64,000 nt of DNA, from the NCBI GenBank assembly GCA_051294375.1, contig CM119271.1, forward strand, positions 13,383,039 to 13,447,038. The letters run 5' to 3'. Source of the stretch: Paraspadella gotoi. Its lineage: Eukaryota > Animalia > Chaetognatha. Positions 12,871 to 26,976 of the stretch are shown here, piece after piece. The position numbers and the translations under genes are program-made. How positions within the stretch are numbered: position 1 is the first letter of the stretch; each line of letters opens with the position of its first letter. The notes below the pieces were generated by a model that had not been told where the DNA came from, made no database searches, and worked only from the letters and a program-made list of their open reading frames with translations.

Positions 12871-13030
12871 TTTTAAATTTTTTAAAATCTTTTTTCTCCT
12901 TATTTTTCTGACGTCAAAAGTCGAAGCATCAAAAATACGAACGACAATAATCCCTCGATGACCTTTTGGGAGAGATTCGTCTCTCTCTCGCTCTCTCTCT
13001 CTCTCCCTCTCTCTCTCGCTCTCTCTCTCG

Positions 13031-13086
<56 letters not shown>

Positions 13087-13179
13087 TAGACCTCTCCAGA
13101 ATTCTTTGAAATTTAAATTAAAATTTATTCAAATTTGATATCTTTGGTTTGAGACAAAATCGGTTTTATGTAATTGTAT

Positions 13180-13250
13180 TCGTGTCCGTACTCGTGTCCG
13201 TACTCGTGTCCGTACTCGTGTCCGTACGCATGTCCATACTCGTGTCCGTC
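13180..13250. repeat. 12-bp tandem repeat (cgtgtccgtact)n
   Basis: About 6 copies are directly visible. Confidence 0.9.
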
Positions 13251-13449
13251 TATCTTTCCATCCAAAATCTACTCATTTGCCAAATTAAACAATCAAAAAT
13301 ACTAAGCCCTGTAAGAACATTTTTTTCAATAATTATTCTCTCAATAAATAATCATTGAGCTACTCCTGAGTAAGGCGTAGTGAAAGTTACGTACGAAAAT
13401 TCTAAAGATTAAAAATTCTAAAAGTGAGAGAACGAACACATATAGCTAA

Positions 13450-15450
13450 TGAACATTTAATAGTATAAAAAATTTATAATAAATTCAAGTAATGTCATCC
13501 TTTGCAGAATCGGCCTTCTCCCGCTGGGGGCGCTGCTAGGGCGCGGCCCGGGGTCGGCCAGCCTACTGGCGGGGCGGCCCCTGGGGGGCAAGGCACAGAA
13601 TTCGCTTAAACTGCCTGGGGGCGGCCCCCTGTACCTCTCCATCTTTTTTTGGCGCGACCCAGGGAGCCACTACCAGGGGGACCCCCAGGGGCTAGAAAAA
13701 CCTTTCCCCTGGGGGCCACCCCGGGGGGATGAATTCGGCCTGCCCCTGAACGGCTCTCTCTCCCTCTTATTCTCACTCGTCCTCTCTCTGCTTTCTTACT
13801 CTCCTTTCTACACTCCTACCCTCTCCTCTCTCTTTCTCTAAATCTCTTTTTTCCATCTTTTTATTAAATATAAATTAAAACCTCAGAATTATTTGTGATA
13901 GATATATGGATTGGAATGAAATTTGTGTGTGGGTAAAAAAGTGTATGATTGAGCTAATGATATAAATGTTTGGCTTACTCTCTCTCTCAAACTATCAAGC
14001 CCTTTTCTGCAACAGCGGTGAAGTTCATCAAGAGGAAATCTACAAACTAACATAATTTAATTACAATCTTTAAATGAAAAAAAATTTTATTTCAACGAAT
14101 GTGGATCTCATTAATGGTTGATACATTGATTAAAAAAATCTTGATGAATAGGTTTTTGTGGGCTGCCATAATTCACTAAGAAGTAGGTCTGTCCGATTTA
14201 CTGCACCATTAATTTGTTTATTTAATGATTTATTTAATATACTTTTTTTGAACATCATATATATGAAAATTTTTTTTTTAAATTATCGTCCTCTATCGTC
14301 CATTTAGTATATGGGTCCATTGCCAAAGAATAAAAAAAAAACCCAGCAACAAAAATATTGTTTAAAATATTTAAAAGGAACAGAAGTTAAATAATAACGT
14401 TTTTTTTACACGATTAGTTACCCTTCTGCATATTCATATTATGCACTTTTATACTATTTTTGTAACCTTTTGTTAACCTTAATTATTTAATTTCAATTAA
14501 AAAGAATATAGAACAAAGTTTGAGTTGCAAACAAACATGTCATGAGCGTACAACTAATAGGGCCTTACGAATATTGAGGCTGCGTAGAAGCTAATCAGAT
14601 CATGTCACCACTGATTTGTTTTTTGCTTCATATTTCTATTCTTGCCCTTATATATTCTTTATCATTATTGTTTTATATATAATATATATTAAGTTAAAAA
14701 AAATCATATATTATGATGGAACTAAATTACTAATTTGAGAAGATATGAGAAAGTACATAATTTAAAAAAAAATTCATATGTTTCATTAAATCATCATAAA
14801 ATAAACAAATAATGGCAGTATCGACAGACCTACCTTAGTGAACATTATGTCAACACCATAACTTCATCAATTTTTAATTCATGATCACATTTTTTCTCGA
14901 TCCACATCGTGAAATAAATTGTAGTTTCATTTAAGATTTGTATTAATAATTATGTTAGTTATATGTAGATTCATGGGGTGAGCTACACGTTGTTGAGAAG
15001 GCTGATAGTTTGAGGAGAGAGTAAGCAAACTTTTATATCTAGCTCAAATCATACACTTTTTATTTTACCCACACAAGATTTCATTCCAATCCATATATCT
15101 AAATCATTTTTGAGTTTATTTTTATTTTTTTATATAAAAGATAGAGATAGAGAAAGAGAGAGAGAGGGGGGGGGGAGAGGAGAGGGAGAGAGATAGGAGG
15201 GAGAGAGGCCGTTCCAGGGGAGGCAAATTTCATGCCCCGGGGGTGGCCCAGGGGAGGTTATTCTTAGCCTGGGGGATTCACCCTGGAGTGGGCCCCATAT
15301 ATCGCCAATACAGGGGCCCCCAGGCGAGTAAGGATTTGCCCCTTCCCAGCCCCCGGGGCCGCCCCGCGGGGGCCACCCACCGCGGGGCGCCCCTAGCGCA
15401 CCACGGGGATACAGAAGGATGACCATACGTGACTTTATTTAAAAATTCTT
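13450..15450. repeat. Noisy fold-back inverted repeat, ~1 kb arms, centre ~14500
   Basis: ~13900-14000 is the reverse complement of ~15000-15100; ~14150-14230 of ~14790-14860; GC-rich ~13500-13750 of ~15200-15425. Confidence 0.85.
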
Positions 15451-15629
15451 TTATGACAAAAGTTTATATCCCCAGGAGTAGATATAAATGCTCGTGTTGC
15501 CAGATAGTATCATCACGGACGTTGGTCCAGTATATCAGTTTTTATCCGTAAATCTCAAAAGTTAAAATTGCTGGATAGATTTTATTACAGCTGTACTCAT
15601 ATACCTCTCATCGCCCCACCCGTCGACGT

Positions 15630-18303
15630 ACAGTTCTTGACTCTCACACTCACCTCTCTTCTGGATAATAATAGATAATAATATAATATAATATAATAAT
15701 ATATAATATATATTATATATATAATAATATATATAATATAATAGATAATAATCCTTAAAAGCTTTCAGAAAAAGCACCCGGTACACTACAAGTACAACCA
15801 GCACGTTTTTATCTCTTTACATTTCGAAAACATCATTTGATATTCGTTAAGTCCATATTAATTTCAAATATAAAAACACTTTAAGAAAATGTATCATTCG
15901 ATTGATTGAAAAGATTAAAAAAAATTTTCATCGAATCATAAATTGGAACAAAAAAAAATTATCGTTTTTTTCTTTTTTAATTAATTATTGATTTGGTCTT
16001 GAAACTTTGGACGTCATTCGTCAAGACATTCATGCATCATTAAACGCGGGGACTGGAGTTTGGGGACGACGCATGATTTCAGAACGATGTGAGGGGCACC
16101 CAATGACTTTTTTTGACTGTAAGGGACACAAGACGAAGGAATTAATTACGATTTGACTGACTGTAGATGACGACGGAACAGAACAAGATGTATGATTTAG
16201 AGCGTACGTTACGAACTGAACGAAGGATGACGTGAAACCGGTGGACCCCCCGGGATGAGCGACGACCGAAGACTAAGATCGACGAGTATATGTTGGAGTG
16301 ATCAGTATAGAACTAGACGATGGGTAGCACTGGAGACGGACGAGGGGTTGCGATCTACAGAATACGGCAGTGGGTAAACGAGCGGAACACGAAATCGATA
16401 AGACTGGGCAACGGAATGTACTACGACGCGAAGCCGAACCTATGATTTCGTTAAAACAGACTTCGACATCTGAATGCATAGAAACTACCGCGGACAATAG
16501 ACCAATATTATTTTGATCTGATATATGGTATTTTTAATCTAGGTCATTATGACCTGAGATATGTAAAAGAAACAAAGATCTATCATTCTCCAAATAATAG
16601 AAGCGCTAACTGAAATTAAAACCCAATAACCATACAATGACGTAACATAGAAATATTGATCTGATTATCCTTTTCCCCTTTCCCTTTCTTTATCCCACTT
16701 CCATTACATTTATCCACTTTTCTTCCAATCTGCATAATTCTTATTTTCGCACTCTATCAAACACAAATGAGCGATTTCAATTCTTTCTATTATTGAACAA
16801 ATGTTTATTTCTTCTTAAAAGCTATATAGTAATCGATTTTTATGTTCCAACCAACCTGTCCTCTTTGCGGCATGATCCAAAACTGATTACATTCAATATA
16901 TAATTTTTTTTAAAAAATACGGGACTACAATTATATTTGAAATATAAAAAACCCTTCCAAACCCTTAAAAGATACAGAAAAACCAATTTCTAAGATGATT
17001 GCATTGATTTTCAGAATCACGTTACTCCGACAGCAATGCTATCAGTAATCTGTCGTTAAAGGAATTTTCGAACTACTAATTTAATAAAAACTCCCGTTAC
17101 CAATGGATATACTTACACGACATTCTTCCACAATCTTACTATTAAATTAAAACATATCATTATCATAAAGTGGAGAAGTACATCATCCTAATCCAGAAAG
17201 GTAATTATTGCGCCTGTGAGCGAAAAAAAAGAATTTTATACAGTTCAATACAAAATCATTCTTTGTATGGGACAGCATCGTAACTGACTTCGATCCATTG
17301 ACTGACACAGGAAAGGCGACTAAATGACTAGAACAAAATATCTGTCTGACCAGAACTATATATTTCAGAACCCCTTATCTGTAATTGAATCCAAGATTTA
17401 GTTAGCATCAGCCCTACACCCTTAGTCCAGTCAATCATAGCGCCGACCACAACAATATAACACCACTAAGAGTTTTCTGTAATATATAATAACCCCCAGT
17501 TAGGAACGGCCACCGACCGAGCTCCTGACTACAGTTCTACCCTGTTGGGATGCACGAATTTCGAGTAAACAAAAATTAACGTTTCTTATTTGACATATTA
17601 ACCAGTAATCATATGTCGTGAAGCACTATTCCCCGATATAAAGTTCTATTCACTAGCCGTCCACTTGACACTCCAACAGAATCCCAGCATCCGATAATGA
17701 TCTCTTTTTTTACTAAACTACTACTACTAACTCTAAGAATTTCTCATTAAAAAGTGGACTTTGGGTAGAGATGAAAAAATAGAATAAAACAATCACATGT
17801 ACTTACATGACACCAGACTCTTCCTAACCATTCCATCGTCTTTATTCGTCTATATGTCGGCTTAATACCACACATTTAACAAAAATGAGAGCTTAAACAC
17901 CTAAAATATCTCATGTACGTCTCGCTGTCACGATAGTATGGATCGGTTTTCAATAAGATCCACTCGTAAGTCTCTTTTCCCCAGTTATATCTGCACTCTG
18001 GGCTTCCCCACTTCCCATTCATTCAAACCGTACTAGGTATTGCAAATTAATACGCATCATTTATCATCCTTATGTGCTACGAAAACTTTTTCAGGCTATC
18101 TAAACGGATTATCTTCAAAAAATACAAAATACGATTTGTTCAAAACTTTTGTTCCTGTCCTCAACGGCCACAGTCGCAGCTTACACTTAGATCAATGCAA
18201 ATCGTGGTTCAGGGTTTTTTCTCCGTCTCTGGAATTAAGGCAGCGAAAGAAACAAGAAGGAGATTGCCTCTCGACGGGAGAGGGAGGGGAGAGAGAGAGA
18301 TAG

Positions 18304-18345
<42 letters not shown>

Positions 18346-18578
18346 AGAGCAGAGAGAGGAGAGAAGAGAGAGAATGAGAGAGAGAGGAGAGAAGAAGAAG
18401 AGAGAGAGAGAGGGGCGGAGTCGGACAGAGGACGCGCGAAAAGCGCTAGCCAATAAATGCCATGGGGAAAAGCACAATCTGGATACGAGAGAGAGAGAGA
18501 GAGAGAAGAGAAGCGAGCGGTAGAGAAGAGAGGAGAGGAGAGAGAAGGAAGAGGAGAGAGAAGGAGAGAGAGAGACAG
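15630..18578 (+). repeat. Third, very error-rich direct copy of ~22660-24440
   Basis: 15630-16070 closely matches 22661-23120 and 18200-18578 matches 24060-24445. The middle is a degraded, expanded version, and the copy ends at a 25-N gap. Confidence 0.8.
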
Positions 18579-19067
18579 NNNNNNNNNNNNNNNNNNNNNN
18601 NNNTTTTTTTTTAAAAAAAGCAACAGCGGACGCCTTAATAAAGGTAACGACAAACTGCTTATTAAACTGGGAGCTGGCGAGATATTGTTAAACTTAAAAT
18701 AACTAAAATAAAGTGCTCCAAACTTATTCTTTATTAAATCCAACAAAACTAAACAAAAACTAGACATACGTTTCTCTCTGTAAGACATAAGACTTTTAAT
18801 TGTTTTTTGCTTCTATGCTTTTCACGTTTAAACTTGAACGTTTTTGTGAATTAGTCCTTAACATTTTTTTAAATTTTCTATTTTTGATCATTAGTTTAGT
18901 TTTATTTGTTTATCGCGTCTGTTTATGATTTCATGCCGGAATTTGTTAATACTTGTTTTTGGTATTAATTAAAAAAAAAACATTCTCTCTTATCATTACA
19001 GGAGATACAGAGATGGAACCGGATCAAAGACACGGGGAGAAATCACGCAGATGAATCAAGCTCTCTG

Positions 19068-19164
19068 ATTGGTGAGACCCGAATGTGAAGCGGCCAATGG
19101 CGGATGGGCTTCCATCCGCCAGGAAACTTTTACCCATGACCTCTGATCCACTGGATTATATAAA
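19068..19164 (+). promoter_or_regulatory. Pol II promoter-like or LTR-like cluster: ATTGG, CCAAT, 9-bp-stem hairpin, TATATAAA
   Basis: ATTGG 19068-19072, CCAAT 19094-19098, GGCGGATGG-gctt-CCATCCGCC 19099-19120, TATATAAA 19157-19164. Mirrored at ~25553-25652. Confidence 0.35.
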
Positions 19165-19212
19165 TAGCGTAGATTTTGTATCTAACATCCTGTCTTTACT
19201 TACTTAAAAGTA

Positions 19213-19256
19213 TGGTGGCACGATAGGATTTCGAACCCACGCCTCCGAAGAAGACT
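19213..19256 (-). tRNA. 3' half of a tRNA-Leu (pseudogene fragment); palindrome copy of 25465-25507
   Basis: Reverse complement reads agtcttcttcggaggcgtgggttcgaaatcctatcgtgccacca. Confidence 0.65.
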
Positions 19257-19795
19257 ATAAAAATTTGGCCACATGTAGAATTAGGCAATTTCGATTTTGG
19301 TTCGCTTAAATTCTGATTTAGTTTAAATATTAAAGTTAAAATTAAAAATCGGGGATAAACGAACAAAAATGGGCTCTCTCGGGAAAGAGGCCAAACAAAC
19401 AAACAAACAAAACAACAACAACAACAACAGCATTAAAATCCGAGCGATTTCCATCGTTTTCGTGTTCGAATGAAAGAAAATTGTCAGGATTCTTTGACAG
19501 CGTATTCTTCGCCGTCGAATTCGCGGTCTCCGCCCGCAGGAGCTGCGGCTGCTTGTCGGCGTCAACCGGAGAAAAGGAAAACTTATGACAAAAAAAAAGT
19601 AATTTTTTTTATTCTTTAGTCACTTTTAAGGCTCAAGTTGTTTGTATTGAGGAATCAACTCTTTGAACCACCAAAAAGACCGAATCTGACAAGAATTGAA
19701 TATTTCATTGAATGTCTGGGATATACATGCCAATTTTCGATCTTCACCCTTCCCTCTATCCCCTGATTACCCCACCCCATCTCTCTTCTCTCTCT

Positions 19796-19839
<44 letters not shown>

Positions 19840-20307
19840 TCTCTCTCGATGATAACTTCAATAACTAATTTTATAAATTACTTTTATGCCTGTAAATTAT
19901 GTAGACTTAATACTATCTTGTTGTTTGTACATAAAACTTATCTGTACCCGCCTCTGTAACTTATATGTTTTTGGTTTTAATTAATCGTGTGTTAACTTCA
20001 CATTTTTGAGCATTACCAATTTACAAATAGAAAAAAATCCAATCTTTCACACAGCTACGTTTCTTCGTCCCACGAATGTGAAATGAAATAAACGTAAATT
20101 GTTCCAAAGTTTGAAAACTCGGCCCAATCTAGAATACAGACGATTTCTCCAGTCGCCCTTCGTGAAAATTTGATGGAATATTCTTTCGGTCGACGGATAA
20201 AACAATAATGAACAAATGACAACAACAAACAGATTCTCATGCTGCAGAAGGAAGCTGCTTCCAACTGCCACGATGAGGAGTACATTCTTACGACATAACG
20301 CTATCTG

Positions 20308-20339
<32 letters not shown>

Positions 20340-20344
20340 CTCTC

Positions 20345-20391
<47 letters not shown>

Positions 20392-20485
20392 CAAGATTGT
20401 GTTTTCCCATGGTTTATGGACGCTTTCGCCGTCCTCTGCCGACTCCGCCTCTCCCTCTCTCTCTCCTCTCCTCTCTCTCTCTCTC

Positions 20486-20580
<95 letters not shown>

Positions 20581-21299
20581 CCCGCCCCTCCCGGTCGAGA
20601 GGCGAATCTTCCTTCTTTTTTCCGCCTCCTAATCCGAGACGAGAAAAAACCCTAACACTGATTGCATCGAAGGGCGGGGAAGGGGGAGGTGGAGAGAAAA
20701 TGACCAGACGGATGGGGGAACAGAGTGGGAAGGAAGAGTGGACAGTGGTCAGACAGGAGAGTGGACAGTGGTCGCTGGAAAGACGGGGGAGTGGTCAGAC
20801 GAGAGAGGAAAGAGTAGTCTGGCAGAGTGGTCAGTGGACAGACGGGGGGGAGTGGTCGGACGACAGACGAAGGAGTGGGGAGTCAGAGTGGTCGGTGTGT
20901 CGCTGGAAAGACGTGGGGAGTGGACTGATCAGGTGTGGTCTGATGTCACTGGACAGATAGGGTTCAAAAAAAGTGTTCTGGACAGATATTGTAGCAAGTG
21001 TAATCAATGGATTCGAGTGATTGCAAGAATTGTTTTGAAGATAATTTTCGCAAGGGATTTCAGAGAGTGATTACTTTTATGAAATTAGTGGAAGTGGTTT
21101 GGAATCAAGCAATCACATTACAAAATTGCTTGTCGGAAGTGATTGGAATCAAGCAATCATCTTAGAAAATTGGTTGTCGGAATTGATTGCAAGGAAAAAA
21201 ATCAAGCGAGACGTATGGAAGATTGAAATCGCTCATTGGATGAGGAAAAGGAAAAGGAAAAGGAAAAGGAAAAGGAAAAGGAAAAGGAAAAGGAAAGGG

Positions 21300-21605
21300 A
21301 GGTCGTCAGTCGTCGTTATCGTCGTCGGTGTCGTCGTCATCGGCGTCGTCATAATCTTCGTCGTCGTCATCGTCGTCATGTCGTCTTCGTCGTCGTTATC
21401 GTCCGTTGCCATCTTCGTCGTCCGTCGTCATTTTCGTCGTCGTTGTAATCGTCGTCTTTGTCATCTTCGTCGTCATCTTCGTCGTCGTCATCGTCGTTGT
21501 CATCTTCGTCGTCGTCGTTGTCATCTTCGTCGTCCGTCGTCATCATGTCGTCGTAATCGTCGTCTTTGTCATCTTCGTCGTCGTCATCTTCGTCATCGTC
21601 GTCCC
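21300..21605. repeat. Degenerate (CGT/GAC)n trinucleotide tract with internal duplications, preceded by (GGAAAA)n; mirrored at ~23115-23470
   Basis: Directly visible; it yields the poly-D, poly-V, poly-S and poly-R ORFs. Confidence 0.9.
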
Positions 21606-24134
21606 CAAACTCCAGTCCCGCGTTTAATGATGCATAATGTCTTGACGAATGACGTCCAAAGTTCAAGAACCAAATCAATAATTAATTAAAAAAGAAAAAA
21701 AAACGATAATTTTTTTTTGTTCCAATTTATGATTCGATGAAAATTTTTTTTAATCTTTTCAATCAATCGAATGATACATTTTCTTTCAAAGTGTTTTTTT
21801 TTATATTTGAAATTAATTGGACTTAACGAATATCAAATGATGTTTTCGAAATGTAAAGAGATAAAAACGTGCTGGTTGTACTTGTAGTGTACCGGGTGCT
21901 TTTCTCTGAAAGCTTTTAAGGTATTATTATCTATTATATTATTATATTATTATATATATATTATATATATATTATATATTATTATATTATATTAATATTA
22001 TTATCTATTATTATCCAGAAGAGGGTGATGAGAGTCAAGACTCAGGAGTAAGGCGTAGTAAAATTTCTAAATTTAACTTTAATTAAAATTCTAAAAGTGA
22101 GGAACGAACAACATTATACTAATAAACATTTATGTATAAAAAAATTTATAATAAATTTTACAATTTACGCAGTAGGCCATATTTATACTAGTACTAATCC
22201 AATAAATGTTAAAATTTCAAAACAGTTTTTTTCTAAGATTTTTTTGCAGATTTGGATTCGTCATAAAAAGTTGATTAAAAGAAATATAACTCTTTTTAAA
22301 AAATTCCTTCATTAAGTGGGTCAAAAATTAGAAAAAGCTATATTTTAAGCTGAAAATCAACTTTTATATATTAAATATAGTTTTTGTAATTTTTAACCCA
22401 CTTAATGAAAGAATTTTTAAAAATAATTTATATTTCTTTTATCAACTTTTGACGAGGAATTCAAATCTGCAATCAAAATTAAGAAAAGCCTATTTTGAAA
22501 TTTTTCAATTTTATAAGGATAGTACTATATATAAATATAGCCTACTGCGAAAATTAAAAAACATAAAATTAATTTTTTTACAAAATTAATGTTTACTGAT
22601 GGTATGTGTTCATAATTGACATTAAAGTTAAATTTAGAAATTTTACTACGCCTTACTCCTGAGTCTTGACTCTCATCACCCTCTTCTGGATAATAATAGA
22701 TAATAATATAATATAATATAATATAATAATATATAATATATATATAATATATATATAATAATATAATAATTTAATAATATAATAGATAATAATACCTTAA
22801 AAGCTTTCAGAGAAAAGCACCCGGTACACTACAAGTACAACCAGCACGTTTTTATCTCTTTACATTTCGAAAACATCATTTGATATTCGTTAAGTCCATA
22901 TTAATTTCAAATATAAAAAAAAACACTTTGAAAGAAAATGTATCATTCGATTGATTGAAAAGATTAAAAAAAATTTTCATCGAATCATAAATTGGAACAA
23001 AAAAAAATTATCGTTTTTTTTTCTTTTTTAATTAATTATTGATTTGGTTCTTGAACTTTGGACGTCATTCGTCAAGACATTCATGCATCATTAAACGCGG
23101 GGACTGGAGTTTGGGGACGACGATGACGAAGATGACGACGACGAAGATGACAAAGACGACGATTACGACGACGATGATGACGACGGACGACGAAGATGAC
23201 AACGACGACGACGAAGATGACAACGGACGATGACGACGACGAAGATGACGACGAAGATGACAAAGACGACGATTACAACGACGACGAAAATGACGACGGA
23301 CGACGAAGATGGCAACGGACGATAACGACGACGAAGACGAACATGACGACGATGACGACGACGAAGATTATGACGACGCCGATGACGACGACACCGACGA
23401 CGATAACGACGACTGACGACCTCCCTTTCCTTTTCCTTTTCCTTTTCCTTTTCCTTTTCCTTTTCCTTTTCCTCATCCAATGAGCGATTTCAATCTTCCA
23501 TACGTCTCGCTTGATTTTTTTCCTTGCAATCAATTCCGACAACCAATTTTCTAAGATGATTGCTTGATTCCAATCACTTCCGACAAGCAATTTTGTAATG
23601 TGATTGCTTGATTCCAACCACTTCCACTAATTTCATAAAAGTAATCACTCTCTGAAATCCCTTGCGAAAATTATCTTCAAAACAATTCTTGCAATCACTC
23701 GAATCCATTGACTTACACTTGCTACAATATCTGTCCAGAACACTTTTTTCGAACCCTATCTGTCCAGTGACATCAGACCACACCTGATCAGTCCACTCCC
23801 CACGTCTTTCCAGCGACCACCGACCACTCTGACTCCCCACTCCTTCGTCTGTCGTCCGACCACTCCCCCCCGTCTGTCCACTGACCACTCTGCCAGACTA
23901 CTCTTTCCTCTCTCGTCTGACCACTCCCCCGTCTTTCCAGCGACCACTGTCCACTCTCCTGTCTGACCACTGTCCACTCTTCCTTCCCACTCTGTTCCCC
24001 CATCCGTCTGGTCATTTTCTCCACCTCCCCCCTTCCCCGCCCTTCGATGCAATCAGTGTTAGGGTTTTTTCTCGTCTCGGATTAGGAGGCGGAAAAAAGA
24101 AGGAAGATTCGCCTCTCGACCGGGAGAGGGCGGG

Positions 24135-24236
<102 letters not shown>

Positions 24237-24342
24237 GAGAGAGAGAGAGAGAGGAGAGGAGAAGAGAGAGAGAGAGAGAGAGAGGGCGGAGTCGGCAGAG
24301 ACGGCGAAAGCGTCCATAAACCATGGGAAAACACAATCTTGG

Positions 24343-24396
<54 letters not shown>

Positions 24397-24401
24397 AGAA
24401 A

Positions 24402-24445
<44 letters not shown>

Positions 24446-25464
24446 TAGCGTTATGTCGTAAGAATGTACTCCTCATCGTCGCAGTTGAAGCAGCTTCCTT
24501 CTGCAGCATGAGAATCTGTTGTTGTTGTCATTGTTATTGTTATCGTCGACCGAAAGAATATTCCATCAAATTTTCAAAAAGGGCGACTGGAAAATCGTCT
24601 GTATTTAGATTTGGCCGAGTTTCAAACTTTGGAACAATTTACGTTTATTTCATTCACTCGTGGACGAAGAAAGTACTGTGTGAAAGATTGGATTTTTTTC
24701 TATTTGTAAATTGTAATGCTCAAAAATGTGACAGTTAACACACGATTAATTAAAACCAAAAACATATAAGTTACAGAGGCGGGTACATAATATTTATGTA
24801 CAAACAACAAGATAGTATTAAGTCTACATAATTTAACAGCATAAAAGTAAATTTATAAATAGTTATTGAAGTTATCATCGAGAGAGGAGAGAGAGAAGAG
24901 AGAGCAGAGAGAGAGAGAGAGAGAAAGAGAGAAGAGGAAGAAGGAAAGCAGAGAGAGAAGAGAGATGGGGTGGGGTAATCAGGGGAAGGGGAAGGGTGAA
25001 GATCGAAAATGCATGTATATCCCAGACATCAATGAAATATTCAATTCTTGTCAGATTCGGTCTTTGTGGTTCAAAGAGTTGATTCCTCATACAAACAACT
25101 TGAGCCTTAAAAGTGACAAAGAATAAAAAAAAATTACTTTTTTTTTGTCAGTTTTCTTTTCTCCGGTTGACCGCCGGACGAAGCAGCCGCAGCTCCTGAC
25201 GCGGCGGAGCCGCGAATTCGACGGCGACGCTGTCAAAGAATCTGACATTTCTTTCATTCGAACGAAAACGAAATGGAATCGCTGGATTTTATGCTGTTGT
25301 TGTTGTTGTTGTTTGTTTGTTTGTTTGTTTTGGCTCTCTTTTCCGAGAGAGCCCCATTTTTGTTCGTTTATCCCCGATTTTTATTTTAACTTTAATATTT
25401 AACTAAAATCAGAATCTAAGCGAACGAAATCGAATTGCCTAATTCTACAATGTGGCATTTTTAT

Positions 25465-25507
25465 AGTCTCTTCGGAGGCGTGGGTTCGAATCCTATCGCT
25501 GCCACCA
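25465..25507 (+). tRNA. 3' half of a tRNA-Leu (variable arm, T arm, acceptor 3' strand) followed by CCA and a TTTT run; no 5' half
   Basis: agtctcttcggaggcgtgggttcgaatcctatcgctgcca matches the conserved metazoan tRNA-Leu(AAG/TAG) 3' half (AGTCTCTTCGGAGGCGTGGGTTCGAATCCCACCGCTGCCA) apart from two C>T changes in the T stem. No D arm or anticodon arm is present upstream. Confidence 0.75.
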
Positions 25508-26412
25508 CTTTTAAGTAAGTAGACAGGGATTTCAGATACAAAATCTACAGCTATTTATATAATGCCAGTGGATCAGAGTCATGAGTAAAGTTTCCTGGCG
25601 GATGGAAGCCCATCCGCCCATTGGCCGCTTCCATTCGGGTCTCAACCAATCAGAGAGCTTGATTCCATCTCGGTGATTTCTCCCCGTGTCTTTGATCCGG
25701 TTCCATCTCTGTATCTCCTGTAATGATAGAGAGAATGTTTTTTTTTATTAATACCAAAAACAGTATTAACAAATTCGGCATGAAAATCAATAACAACGCG
25801 ATAAACAAATAAAACTAAACTAAGATCAAAAATAGAAAATTTAAAAAAAATGTTAAGGACTAATTCACAAAAACCGTTCAAGTTTTAAACGTGAAAAGCA
25901 TAGAAGCAAAAACAATTAAAAGTCTTATGTCTTACAGAGAGAACGTATGTCTAGTTTTGTTTAGTTTTGTTGGAATTTATAAAGAATAAGTTTGGAGACT
26001 GTATTTTAGTTATTTTAAGTTGTAACAATATCTCTCAGCTCCAGTTTAATAAGCAGTTTGACGTTACCTTTTATTAAGGCGTCGCTGTTGCTTTTTTATT
26101 GATATTGCGTTGTTCGTTTCACTGCTATATGCAAATGAGAATATGGGATAGATCGAACGAGAGACGAAGAGAATCGGACAGAAAGAAATGCAGAAGATCG
26201 AGAGAGCGAGAGAAAAAGAAATAGAAAGAGATAGAGATTCGGACGAAATGAGAGAAGGAAAATCGAGAGAGCGAGAGACTGAATTCGCGTCAATTTTTAC
26301 CAGAGAAAAACTCATTAGCGAATCGTCGAAGGTCCGAGTTTGAAGCAGCAAAGAATAAGAAGAGAGAGAGAGAGAGAGAGAGAAGAAGAGGAGAGAGAAG
26401 AGAGAGAGAGAG

Positions 26413-26456
<44 letters not shown>

Positions 26457-26664
26457 CCCAGTGACAATCGAAACAAGAGAGGAAGAGAGATAGAGAGAGA
26501 GGAGAGAGAGAGAGAGGGAGAGAGAAGAGAGAGCAGAGAGAGAGAGAGAGAAGAAAGAGAATGGCTACGAGAAACAGTTTTCTGCATAAAAATGGAATTA
26601 CGCCACAAAGGTGGAAGACAAAGGGTAAAGAACATGGGAGAGAGGAGAGAGAGAGAGAGAGAAG

Positions 26665-26737
<73 letters not shown>

Positions 26738-26846
26738 TTAGTCAAAGTGAGAGAAAAAAGCGAGATAGAGAGTGAGACATGCTAAAACGAGAGACAAGGA
26801 CTGGGTATTCACGACCCCGCCTCCTCGTCCATGTTTGAACGAAAGA

Positions 26847-26891
<45 letters not shown>

Positions 26892-26940
26892 TTCCTCTCT
26901 TACGCTCGCCTCGTCGTCGTTCACGTCGTCTTCTCTCCGT

Positions 26941-26976
<36 letters not shown>

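Noticed and set aside
19099-19120. Hairpin as a Helitron 3' end or a bacterial terminator
   Set aside because: No CTRR terminus at the expected distance on either strand and no U-tract; the context is eukaryotic.
21376-21678. Poly-Asp acidic protein ORF
   Set aside because: It is a degenerate (GAC)n tract with no splice or start context I can support, and such tracts are ubiquitous here.
22043-22661. MITE with perfect ~40-bp TIRs at the palindrome centre
   Set aside because: The inverted symmetry continues inward to the centre and outward for kilobases, so the apparent TIRs are just part of the larger fold-back.
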